A program made the position numbers and the translations under genes. A stretch of DNA of 33,173 bases from Thermoproteota archaeon. GTDB lineage: Archaea > Thermoproteota > Thermoprotei_A > Sulfolobales > Ignisphaeraceae. Under the pieces are notes generated by a model. It was not told where the DNA came from. It was given only the letters and a program-made list of their open reading frames with translations, and did no database searches. This document shows, one piece after another, positions 1-8,605 of this stretch; position 1 is the first letter of the stretch; each line of letters starts with the position of its first letter. The stretch covers positions 1 to 33,173 of the forward strand of contig JAUQPB010000006.1 in the NCBI GenBank assembly GCA_030550585.1, written 5' to 3'.

Positions 1-354
1 CACCACCAAACCTAGCCAAAGACAGAATTGCGAAAAAGATGACAAAACCAGTTATCCTTAATCAACATCACAGAACAGCACCAAAGAAAACCAAATTATT
101 AAACAAACTATGTAGAAACCACAACATCACCGATTCTCGGTAGCCACATAATCTTCACCATTACGATACCATTTAGCTTTCGGCAAATAGTTGATAAAAC
201 ATGAATACTTTACCTCCACTTTTTGTCTACATTTGTGACATAACAGTAGTTGGGATGCAAACCAGAAGATGTCGCGGTAAACATCACAATGAATCATAGA
301 ATAGAGCTGATAAAGTTTAACAGAGTCGCATTTTGAAGATATTCGTTCACGGTC

Positions 355-885
355 TTAGCTGTTAATAACATCGGCAACAATCTTTTCCAGATTGTACTTT
401 TTGACCATTTCCATGATGTCTCTGTAGGCGTTGTCAACTATATCATCGACTTTGTAGCCAAGTCTCTTGTACTCTAATCCTATTAGATATGTCGCTATGT
501 AGTTGCATAGCTTAGCTAACTTAGATTCAAAATCTTTTTGCTCTAGATATTCTCTAAACAACTTTTTAACCAATGGATTATCAACATGCTCTTCAATTAA
601 ATTCAGCTCCAACTCCATTTTCATAGCACCTACTCGAAGAGAAACCATCTTAACGATATCGCCAGTAAAAGCTTCACTAACATCATGTAGTAGAGAGTAT
701 AGAACAAGCTTGCCAATGTCAACACTCTTAATCTTACTGCCAATCTCTATGCATATGTATGCTGTTAGAAAACTGTGATCTGCAACAGACTCAGCAATGC
801 TGCTTGGAACACCCCTCAACATCCACCCACTTCTAACCAATGATATTAAAGCTCTTGCAATCTGTACTAGCCTATTCTTTGTCAT
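355..885 (-). CDS. HD-domain hydrolase, YfbR/HDDC2-like 5'-deoxynucleotidase family
   Basis: 176 aa with R-SGW, ESVADHSF and LLHDVSEAFTGDI motifs typical of YfbR/HDDC2; GGGGTGG RBS upstream. Confidence 0.85.
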   Translation of the reverse strand: MTKNRLVQIARALISLVRSGWMLRGVPSSIAESVADHSFLTAYICIEIGSKIKSVDIGKLVLYSLLHDVSEAFTGDIVKMVSLRVGAMKMELELNLIEEHVDNPLVKKLFREYLEQKDFESKLAKLCNYIATYLIGLEYKRLGYKVDDIVDNAYRDIMEMVKKYNLEKIVADVINS

Positions 886-1051
886 GGAACCACCCCATAC
901 TTAAGACAGTCACACACATTTTTAATATAGAGTTTATGACAGTTCTGCAAAGTCTAATAGATTTAGATGTGTGTCTTGAATTATGTCTGCGAGGCAAAGA
1001 CTGAATTAAAAAAGAGATTGTAATTAGGATTTACAAAAGATCGGCGTCGTG

Positions 1052-2287
1052 TCAAGCCCTTCCTCTCTTTAGTCTATACTCTTGATAGAAAAGAAATATT
1101 AGATATGTAGCTATAAATATTATGAATATTGCGTACGCTGCAATCCAGCCAATTACACCTGGTATGAAGATTCTTGGGTATTTAGTCAGGCTTTTGCTAA
1201 CAGTGTTGGCAAATATTGGATAGGCCAAAACCGTTGATATCAACCCTATTAGCGCTTTTAGATGGCCTTCGCCTACGCGCCATAGAATTCCTGATGCGCA
1301 ACCACCAACCATAGTGGCTCCAAATATGAATATCGCTCCTCCAATTACATTGGTTATGTAGACAGGCGAAACATTTATCGATATATCAGCCAAGCCCATG
1401 TATTTTAATGCATAAACACCTGTAGCCCCTGTGAGCATTGCTACAGCAATTCCCTTATGGATGTTGATTGCTCTTAGAGCCTCTGGCCCTCTAAGCAGAT
1501 CTCTGAATGCTGTTGCAAAGCAGAATCTCGCCCTCTGTAATATCATGCCCACAGTTACACCTATTAGCAATCCCCCAATCATGTGGCTTCCAATGTAGGC
1601 GTAATAGATAGATGCTAAAGCTATTATTATTAATGGTATAACTAACAATACATTATACTGGTTAGCTTCATGCTTTTTCTCATTGACAGAGCCTATTAAG
1701 AGATCAGCTTTCAGTTCTAGTCTAAACGTTTTCTCAGCTCTCCAAAGCACATATCTTTGTCCTAGATAGCCACCTACCAAAGCCCCTAACAGAAATGCAT
1801 ATCCGTGTAGACTCCAAGATGTTATAGCAGATAGAAAGCCTCCCCAATTGCATCCAAATGCCATTGAAACCCCCAATGCCATTAAAACACCTCCAATAAT
1901 ACTCTCAACAGCTCCTAGTCTATCTACTCCACGTAGACGAAATTCCTTAGACAGTATGGCAGCTATCATAGCACCTAAAATAAGCCCTATGTCACCAGCA
2001 CTTGTAGGCTCTAGAAGAGGCGGGGCTTTAGGTGTACCTGCTAGATCACCTAAGCCCACTAAGCTATATATGTGCTGACCCCAGTTTAGAAATCCCGTAT
2101 ATATAGTAAAAGGCTTTTTAACCCATACATATGATACAATGTTTATTAAACCTATTAAAATGCCTGCTACCACAACAGGCCAACCCTCTGGCCCGAAAAC
2201 CTTTCTAAAGTAGTTGCTCTCCAAATATTTCTTAAAGCTGTTAATGTCTTTGGTATCTGTCTTGCTATTTACAATGTGACTGGCCAT
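1052..2287 (-). CDS. yeeE: YeeE/YedE family sulfur-compound (thiosulfate-type) transporter
   Basis: 411 aa polytopic membrane protein with the three family Cys motifs (AFGCNWG, QRARFCF, GGCASG); GGTGG RBS. Confidence 0.9.
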   Translation of the reverse strand: MASHIVNSKTDTKDINSFKKYLESNYFRKVFGPEGWPVVVAGILIGLINIVSYVWVKKPFTIYTGFLNWGQHIYSLVGLGDLAGTPKAPPLLEPTSAGDIGLILGAMIAAILSKEFRLRGVDRLGAVESIIGGVLMALGVSMAFGCNWGGFLSAITSWSLHGYAFLLGALVGGYLGQRYVLWRAEKTFRLELKADLLIGSVNEKKHEANQYNVLLVIPLIIIALASIYYAYIGSHMIGGLLIGVTVGMILQRARFCFATAFRDLLRGPEALRAINIHKGIAVAMLTGATGVYALKYMGLADISINVSPVYITNVIGGAIFIFGATMVGGCASGILWRVGEGHLKALIGLISTVLAYPIFANTVSKSLTKYPRIFIPGVIGWIAAYAIFIIFIATYLIFLFYQEYRLKRGRA

Positions 2288-2296
2288 TATACCACC

Positions 2297-2311
2297 TATA
2301 ACATTGTTAAT
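2297..2311. promoter_or_regulatory. Candidate operator palindrome (core TAACA-T-TGTTA) abutting the yeeE RBS
   Basis: TATAACATTGTTAAT; near copy of the palindrome at 2414-2428, in the equivalent position before the divergent gene. Confidence 0.55.
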
Positions 2312-2396
2312 ATAGTAAGAATTGTTAGCGTAAATTAGGAATTATGCCTTTAACACAATTCCTCATATTTTTTGTATGTATTCAAATTCGTAATGC

Positions 2397-2428
2397 TTAT
2401 ATATTCACACATTTATAACACTGTTATA
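2397..2428 (+). promoter_or_regulatory. TATA-like box (TTATATA, 2397-2403) followed by operator palindrome TATAACA-C-TGTTATA (2414-2428)
   Basis: Perfect 7-1-7 inverted repeat over the expected transcription start, abutting the AGGTG RBS of tusA. Confidence 0.6.
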
Positions 2429-2438
2429 GGTGTTTTAC

Positions 2439-2693
2439 ATGGTGAGATTCGCGAAGATTGGCGACAATAAGTATGTGCTTGATGTCAAAGGGTTTGTATG
2501 CCCATATCCAGTCATATATACTAGAAAAGCTCTTTCACAAATCAATGCTGGCGATGTCTTAGAGGTTATAACTGACAATCCACCGTCTTGTGAGAATGTG
2601 CCAAAAGCTGTTGAAGCTGATGGTCACGAGGTATTAGGTGTTGAGAATATCGATAGAGGTGTTTGGAGAATAGTTATCAGGAAGAGGAGGTAG
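2439..2693 (+). CDS. TusA/SirA/YeeD family sulfur carrier protein
   Basis: LDVKGFVCPYP (CPxP) motif, GDVLEVITD; ATG 2439 preferred over GTG 2430 because of RBS spacing. Confidence 0.92.
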   Translation: MVRFAKIGDNKYVLDVKGFVCPYPVIYTRKALSQINAGDVLEVITDNPPSCENVPKAVEADGHEVLGVENIDRGVWRIVIRKRR

Positions 2694-2699
2694 TAGCTC

Positions 2700-4118
2700 A
2701 TGTTTGAAGAGATTATCAAGAGGGTTGAGTATTATAAGAAACTTGGCTTAAATCCACTTGCACTTGCCACTGGATGCGCTGTTAAAGTCGATCTTCTAAG
2801 AGTTGTTTACCCTGCTTTAAAGATTATTAGAGATGAACTCAAAAACTTTAAGTTTTTCATAGCGCCTAGAGAAGATGCTTTAGTTGTGCCTGGCTATGCC
2901 GATGAGATTTACAGGGCTATATACCCTCTTGGAGTTGATATCGATGTAGACAATAGTTTGAATAGATTGAATAGATATGGAAAGCTCTATTCTGTTACAG
3001 TTGTCCAAGTGTATCAGAGATATGCTGATTCTCCAGAGGGGTTTATCAACAAAATTCTACCTGTATATAGAGGCCTTGCCAAAAGTGGTTTAGAGATAGT
3101 AATTGGAAAGGGACACTCAATCATAACCCCGTTTCCAGAAGACGAGTTTTCACTTTTCGACTTAATACCTCCGCCAACTAGGCTAGAGGGCTTCACAGCT
3201 ATTAACAACGATACAATTCATATTATAGACCCATCTCAAGAGCCTGGAGACTTTAAGCAGGTTAGCGGGGCTTTGAGTAACTCACTTAATGACATATTTG
3301 CCTTAGGTGTGTACAGGGATCTGAGAATCGCACCTGTGGTAAACGCTCCTAGCGAAGAGCTTTTAGAAAAGCTGTTAAGGAATGTAGACCTATACTCAAA
3401 ACAATATGGTGTTAAGGTAGTTGATGTGACGCAACCGAAGAAAGGAAGATTGTTGATGGGGGCAACAGCTATAGGGTACACAGACAAGGCTCCACCACTA
3501 TTTGAGGACAAGGTTGGAAAGGGTATGAAGCTCATTATAACAAGGCCTATGGGGGAACTAGCACCACTAAATCTATACTTGTCTTGTATAATAGATGAGA
3601 GTCTTGTCAAAGATCTGGAGAGTCAAGGCATAGATGTGGGATATCTTGAGAAGATAAAGAATGAAGTTGTTGACCTCATATCCAAGCCCAATATAGATGC
3701 TGCAAAGGTTATATACAAGTATCTGCCGCCTAGCAAAGAGGAGTACAAACCAGGCGAGCACATAGCTGTTACAACAGATGTTACAGGGCCTGGCATACTT
3801 GTTGTGAAAGAACTTGCAGAAAGAACAAATACGAAGATAAGATTGTACACAGTACCCCTTCTATATCCAGAGATATCAGAGATAGCCACAAAGCTATATG
3901 TAATTCCAAACGCTACAAGCGGAACCAACGGACCATTCATAATTGTTGCACCTGATGAGATAGCTGAGGATGTGGTCAGAGACCTGAAGTCACTAGGACT
4001 AAAACCGGCTATAATAGGCGAGGTTGTCGATGTTGGCGAACCAGAGGTTGAAGCACCCAAATCGCTGGAGAGGTTTGTAGCTGATAGAAAGGTACTTGCG
4101 CAATTTAGATTGGTCTAG
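2700..4118 (+). CDS. SelD-like (selenophosphate synthetase-related) putative sulfur-metabolism protein, PurM superfamily
   Basis: N-terminal GCAVK (Cys26, Lys29; cf. SelD GCGCK), GKGHS, NSLNDIFALG, TDVTGPG, GTNGP; the Cys is TGC, not TGA. Confidence 0.88.
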   Translation: MFEEIIKRVEYYKKLGLNPLALATGCAVKVDLLRVVYPALKIIRDELKNFKFFIAPREDALVVPGYADEIYRAIYPLGVDIDVDNSLNRLNRYGKLYSVTVVQVYQRYADSPEGFINKILPVYRGLAKSGLEIVIGKGHSIITPFPEDEFSLFDLIPPPTRLEGFTAINNDTIHIIDPSQEPGDFKQVSGALSNSLNDIFALGVYRDLRIAPVVNAPSEELLEKLLRNVDLYSKQYGVKVVDVTQPKKGRLLMGATAIGYTDKAPPLFEDKVGKGMKLIITRPMGELAPLNLYLSCIIDESLVKDLESQGIDVGYLEKIKNEVVDLISKPNIDAAKVIYKYLPPSKEEYKPGEHIAVTTDVTGPGILVVKELAERTNTKIRLYTVPLLYPEISEIATKLYVIPNATSGTNGPFIIVAPDEIAEDVVRDLKSLGLKPAIIGEVVDVGEPEVEAPKSLERFVADRKVLAQFRLV

Positions 4119-4128
4119 GGGTAGGGAA

Positions 4129-4425
4129 GTGCTTAAAGCATCTTCTATTACTATTTGTGGAGAGGTTAAAGGTGTTGGATTTAGAAGATATGTTTGGAGA
4201 ATAGCAAAGACGCTTAACTTGAGAGGATTTGTAGAAAACATGCCTAATAGTAATTGTGTTAAGATATATGTTGAAGGCGCAGATAGCGAGATACGCGAGT
4301 TAGTGAATAGAATACTTCAGAATAGGGTGTACACTATTACTAATATAAATGTGGTAGACCATGAATATAGAGGATTGTACACGGATTTCACAATCGTAAA
4401 GTGTGTTGGTGAAGAAGAGGTTTAG
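4129..4425 (+). CDS. acyP: Acylphosphatase-family protein
   Basis: GEVKGVGFRRYV...LRGFVEN motif (canonical VQGVGFR...GWVRN); likely GTG start at 4129 just after the SelD-like stop. Confidence 0.85.
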   Translation: MLKASSITICGEVKGVGFRRYVWRIAKTLNLRGFVENMPNSNCVKIYVEGADSEIRELVNRILQNRVYTITNINVVDHEYRGLYTDFTIVKCVGEEEV

Positions 4426-4429
4426 ATAT

Positions 4430-4657
4430 GTGAAGGTGCTAGATTTCAGAGGTGAGGAATGTCCTCATCCACTAGTCAAGACCGTTAGAGAACTCTCTAA
4501 GGCGCGTAAAGGGGAAGAAATAATTGTATTGACAACATCAAAGCTATGTGTTGATATGATTAAAGAGTCTGTTGAGGCATTTAATATTGGAGAGATTAAT
4601 ATATGCGAAAAGAATGGGTACTATGAAATTAGGCTTAGAAAAACAGTTGAGTTTTAA
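4430..4657 (+). CDS. Second TusA/SirA family sulfur carrier protein
   Basis: VLDFRGEECPHP (CPxP) motif, GEEIIVLT; likely GTG start at 4430 with GAGG upstream. Confidence 0.85.
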   Translation: MKVLDFRGEECPHPLVKTVRELSKARKGEEIIVLTTSKLCVDMIKESVEAFNIGEINICEKNGYYEIRLRKTVEF

Positions 4658-4696
4658 GATATACAATAGCCATTATAGCCGATATAGTGATTTTGT

Positions 4697-5728
4697 ATGA
4701 GCATTAGGAAAGGTGTTGCAGATTTTATTGAAAGATACTCTAGACAGCTACTTGTTATTGGAATTGAAAAACAGTTAAAATTGTCTAGCTCTAGAATAGC
4801 CATTATAGGCTGTGGTGCTACAGGTAGTAGCGTGGCCGAGGCACTTGCTAGAGCTGGCGTTGGCTTTATTAGAATTGTTGATAGAGATGTTGTAGAGATG
4901 AACAATATTCATAGAACACATCTGTTTAAAGAAGAAGATGCCTTGAAGAGAATGCCAAAGGCTATTGCATGTAGAAAACATTTAAAGGAAATCAATAGTA
5001 ATGCTGAGGTTGAGGCCATTGTAGACGATGTAGATGCCGATAATATTCAAGATATTATCGGGGATGTGGATCTCGTTATAGACGGCACTGACAACATGGA
5101 CACGAGATATCTAATAAACGAGGCTTGTGTAAAACTTGGCAAGCCCTGGGTTATGATCGGTGTTGAGAGATGGTATGGGAATACAAAGCTTATTGTACCA
5201 GAGAAAACAGCTTGTTTAAAATGTTTCATTCCTAGAGCTAGGACAAGGGAAAATGTGTGTGAAATTCTTGGTGTAATGCCAATAGCTATAAATTTGACGG
5301 TATCTGTGGCACTATCTATCGCAATAAGATATCTAATTGAAAATGAGGTAGATGAGTATTTGTATATAGTTGATGCATATGAAGCAATAATTGAAAAAGC
5401 TTATGTGAGGAGGAACAGCTCTTGTCCTGTATGTATTCACAAACAATTTGATTTTCTGAGAAGAGAAAGAGAAAATGTAAAGATTTTATGTGGTGCAAAG
5501 GCGGTTAAAATAGTGCCTGAAAATCGCATAGAGCTAGATTTTGCAAAGTTAACCAATTCTAACATAGTTAAGAATTTGATGGTATTTGACGACAATGTGG
5601 CTTATGGTGTAGTAGACGGCTTTGAAGTGATGATTCTACGTAATGGAAAATTATTTGTGAAGGGGACAACAGATAAGAGCTGTGCCCTAGAACTATATAA
5701 GAAGATAGTGAATGGCGTTACCAAATGA
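4697..5728 (+). CDS. ThiF/MoeB family E1-like adenylyltransferase, long form with C-terminal extension
   Basis: RYSRQ, IGCGATG, DRDVVEMNNIHR, DGTDN, zinc motifs CLKC and CPVC, putative active-site Cys in ENVCEILG, C-terminal LCG segment. Confidence 0.9.
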   Translation: MSIRKGVADFIERYSRQLLVIGIEKQLKLSSSRIAIIGCGATGSSVAEALARAGVGFIRIVDRDVVEMNNIHRTHLFKEEDALKRMPKAIACRKHLKEINSNAEVEAIVDDVDADNIQDIIGDVDLVIDGTDNMDTRYLINEACVKLGKPWVMIGVERWYGNTKLIVPEKTACLKCFIPRARTRENVCEILGVMPIAINLTVSVALSIAIRYLIENEVDEYLYIVDAYEAIIEKAYVRRNSSCPVCIHKQFDFLRRERENVKILCGAKAVKIVPENRIELDFAKLTNSNIVKNLMVFDDNVAYGVVDGFEVMILRNGKLFVKGTTDKSCALELYKKIVNGVTK

Positions 5729-5789
5729 CTTTGTCTGTAAGGCTCTAATGCAACAGCACGCCACTAATGTTTTTCTTAATATTCGAAAG

Positions 5790-6764
5790 TCATACTGTTA
5801 CAATGCCTTGGATATAGTCCCACACTATCTTTGGGACTGCTCTACCCATCCATAAAACGTCTTGTTGTGATATTATAGTGCCTATTGCTATGGGTTCTAG
5901 TCCTATGCTTTTCAGCCTCTCCAGAACCTCTTCCTCGCATCCAGGCTTAGCTATTAGCAGAGGTATGTACTCTTCATTAGATGCTAGAACAGCTATCTGC
6001 AAATCTACACCAACTCTTTTTGAATATTCTATTGCTAGCGGGTGCAGCATTTTAGATGGGTCTTCATCTATGTACACACCAGCTTCGCTGACCTCACTTA
6101 GCTGCTGAAGTGTTTCTGCAAATGTGTCGCTTATGTCTATAGAGCCTTCTAGACATGATCTGCAATGCTCTATAACATCAACTATTTGTTTGCATGGCAT
6201 TGGCCTACAGCTGAATTTGCGTACCTCGTCGATGCTAGGCGTTCTCTTCTTGGCATACTCCATATACCCTATCAGAGATAGCCCTATTCTTCTAGGCAAT
6301 ATAATTTTGCTTAGTTCTCTAGCTCTTCTTGGGAGGGGCCTGTTGTTGCACTCTCCCAGAATGAAAACATCTATCCAGTCGTCGTAGCCTATATTCGTAT
6401 CTATATTCTCTATATAGCCTCCGAACACGTCGACAGCATCTTCAACCCCTTTAATGATATCCTCTACAAAATCAGAATTCTCAGGCTTAACACCAACTGA
6501 GATGGCGTATACATATGGTCTACACCCCTTTGCAATAACATCGCTAACAGCTCCCACAACCCCCCTAAAGCCAAAATCTCTATAGCTACACCAGGGGTAG
6601 AGGGCTCTAGAAGCTGCAAATCCATCAACCTTAACAACAAAATATCTTCCACCAACCTCTATAGCTCCTGCATCGTCAAACCATGTTAGAAGGGATCTGG
6701 GATGCCTCTTAACCTTTCTAGCCAATTTCTTGATAATTTCATCTAGTTTACCCACCTTACCCAC
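5790..6764 (-). CDS. thiL: Thiamine-monophosphate kinase ThiL (divergent PurM/AIR-synthase-related)
   Basis: DDAG, VKVDG, SDVIAKG, DISD and EEY motifs; directly downstream of thiM-thiE; real start may be GTG 6755. Confidence 0.75.
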   Translation of the reverse strand: MGKVGKLDEIIKKLARKVKRHPRSLLTWFDDAGAIEVGGRYFVVKVDGFAASRALYPWCSYRDFGFRGVVGAVSDVIAKGCRPYVYAISVGVKPENSDFVEDIIKGVEDAVDVFGGYIENIDTNIGYDDWIDVFILGECNNRPLPRRARELSKIILPRRIGLSLIGYMEYAKKRTPSIDEVRKFSCRPMPCKQIVDVIEHCRSCLEGSIDISDTFAETLQQLSEVSEAGVYIDEDPSKMLHPLAIEYSKRVGVDLQIAVLASNEEYIPLLIAKPGCEEEVLERLKSIGLEPIAIGTIISQQDVLWMGRAVPKIVWDYIQGIVTV

Positions 6765-7392
6765 CTGGTTTTAGTATTTCGTCTACAATTTTTCTAAGCT
6801 CTAGAGTAGCTCTATAAACATCTTCAGCGGCCATAACAGCTGATATAACGGCTACCCCTACGACACCTGTCCTAAGAACCTCTCTAACATTATCCCTGTT
6901 TATACCCCCTATGGCGACAACGGGTATGGACACAATCTCAACTATCTTCTTTAGACCCTCCAATCCAATGACTCTTGCATCTGGCTTCGATGGTGTTGGG
7001 TATACCGATCCAGCTCCTAGGAAATGGGCACCCTCTTTCTCAGCATTTAAAGCCTCTTCAACACTGTATACAGAAGCCCCGATAATTAGGTTTGGGGCTA
7101 TTTCACGGGCTATTCTAATAGGCATGTCCTCAGGGCCTAGCTGAACACCATCTGCGTTTGTAGCCAATGCAACGTCTATCCTATCATCGACAAAGTATAG
7201 AGCTCCATAATCTCTGGTCAGCCTCCTAACCCCCCTACCTATCTCCACCATTTCACGTGTAGACGACTCCTTTAATCTAAGCTGAATAGATGTTGCACCA
7301 CCTTTCAATGCCTCCTCAACAGATTTTACAACATCTGGCTTCAACTTTTTATCTGTTATAACAAGAAGTCTAAGTCTCTCAGCCAGTCTCAA
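6757..7392 (-). CDS. thiE: Thiamine-phosphate synthase
   Basis: IQLRLK, DDRIDVA, DGVQLGPED, GSVYPTPSK, PVVAIGGI, GVAVISA. Confidence 0.96.
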   Translation of the reverse strand: MRLAERLRLLVITDKKLKPDVVKSVEEALKGGATSIQLRLKESSTREMVEIGRGVRRLTRDYGALYFVDDRIDVALATNADGVQLGPEDMPIRIAREIAPNLIIGASVYSVEEALNAEKEGAHFLGAGSVYPTPSKPDARVIGLEGLKKIVEIVSIPVVAIGGINRDNVREVLRTGVVGVAVISAVMAAEDVYRATLELRKIVDEILKPGG

Positions 7393-8215
7393 TCTCTCTC
7401 ACCTCAACAACATTTCTAATAATATCTCCATCGATTCTATAGAGCCAATCATATAGCTTGACATGGAATGAACCTGGGTAGACAGCCTCTTCAGAAGCCT
7501 TGTATGAAACTGCTTTGAATGTGGCCAACCCAGCTATAGCAGCTTTTAGAGGATTTTCCACAGCCAGAAACGCTCCTATTAAAGCCGATACAATACACCC
7601 CAGACCAGTGACTCTATGAATCACATTTTCAAGGCTTTGAGACCCCACTTTGAGTCTCACCTCATAAACATTGGAACCATTGCTAACAAAATCTGTATAG
7701 CCCGTTAAGCCAACAACACAATTGAATTTCTTTGAGGCCTGTAAAACAGCTTCGGATGCAACATTCCTATCATATGAAGCTGCATCAACACCTCTAGTCT
7801 TGCCAAACTCTCCCAGCAGACCCAGGATCTCGCCAAAGTTGCCTTTAACAACACTTATACCACCACTCTCAAGCAATGTCAAGGCCACTCTAGTTCTAAA
7901 CCTGGTTGCGCCAGCCCCTACAGGATCTAGGACAACAGGCTTTTTATATATCTTTGCAAGCTGGACAGCTTTAAGCATAGAGTAGGCGAATTCTTCATCG
8001 ATAGTACCAATGTTTATCACAATAGCGTCTGCTGCAGGCACAAGATCATCTAGATCCTCAACACCATGGGACATTATCGGCGATGCTCCTAGAGCTAGGA
8101 GGGCGTTGGCAGTTGTGTTCATAACAACGAAATTAGTGATGTTGTGAACCAATGGCTTTTTGTTTCTAAGCCTGTCTATTGCATCTCCAACCCAATTCAG
8201 GTTGGCTATGCTCAT
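7379..8215 (-). CDS. thiM: Hydroxyethylthiazole kinase
   Basis: PLVHNITNFV...TANALLALGASPIM, INIGT, VLDPVGAGAT, KGNFGEI, VTGLGC, PGSF. Confidence 0.96.
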   Translation of the reverse strand: MSIANLNWVGDAIDRLRNKKPLVHNITNFVVMNTTANALLALGASPIMSHGVEDLDDLVPAADAIVINIGTIDEEFAYSMLKAVQLAKIYKKPVVLDPVGAGATRFRTRVALTLLESGGISVVKGNFGEILGLLGEFGKTRGVDAASYDRNVASEAVLQASKKFNCVVGLTGYTDFVSNGSNVYEVRLKVGSQSLENVIHRVTGLGCIVSALIGAFLAVENPLKAAIAGLATFKAVSYKASEEAVYPGSFHVKLYDWLYRIDGDIIRNVVEVREIETG

Positions 8216-8402
8216 AAAAACCCCATGATTTTTGTATCCAATGCTAAATAAATTTGTTATAAATGGTTGAATAAATAAGCTTTACTATTATAGATGCAAA
8301 GATACGGCTCTATAGCAAATTTTATGGAGATTTGTTGTAGAGGTTTATACTGCGTAAACATTTTTAACCTGCAATGCCATTAAATGGTATTTTGGGATAT
8401 CT

Positions 8403-8585
8403 ATGTCTGTGCATATAGATCCTGTATGTGGCATGATAGTCGATCCCGAGAAAGCCAAGTACAAGACTATCTACAGAGGCAAGGTCTACTATTTCTGTAG
8501 CAGACACTGCCTAAATGAGTTTGAGAAGAATCCAGAGTACTACATTACTCACGGACCTAAAGGCATGCCCCATGGCCAATCCTAG
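8403..8585 (+). CDS. YHS/TRASH-domain metal (copper) chaperone
   Basis: DPVCGM...YYFCSRHC...F..NPEYY; immediately upstream of a P1B ATPase. Confidence 0.9.
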   Translation: MSVHIDPVCGMIVDPEKAKYKTIYRGKVYYFCSRHCLNEFEKNPEYYITHGPKGMPHGQS

Positions 8586-8605
8586 CCTCTTGGGTGTCTA
8601 TAGCC

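Noticed and set aside
128-297. About 56-aa minus-strand ORF with a CHKC motif, and three AACATCAC copies near 64, 123 and 280
   Set aside because: No clear RBS or recognisable family; the repeats are short and irregularly spaced, not CRISPR-like
355-885. HD protein as the missing MptB cyclic phosphodiesterase
   Set aside because: Motifs fit the YfbR/HDDC2 nucleotidase type and the gene is about 18 kb from the pterin cluster
2337-2363. AGGAATT-N13-AATTCCT inverted repeat in the yeeE/tusA intergenic region
   Set aside because: Single 7-bp-arm repeat in AT-rich DNA; not distinguishable from chance without orthologues
2700-4118. Selenocysteine recoding or a true selenium system
   Set aside because: The active-site residue is TGC (Cys); no TGA at conserved Cys positions in neighbouring genes and no selA, selB, tRNA-Sec or selU in the window
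6757-7392. ThiE (and the ferritin-like protein at 16939-17409) ending in Gly-Gly as substrates for the E1 enzyme
   Set aside because: Neither has a beta-grasp fold; ThiE's GG comes from the junction duplication, and the HGxPGG end appears to be a family trait
8216-8402. TPP riboswitch upstream of thiM
   Set aside because: AT-rich promoter-like DNA with no CUGAGA or AGCG core on the thiM strand
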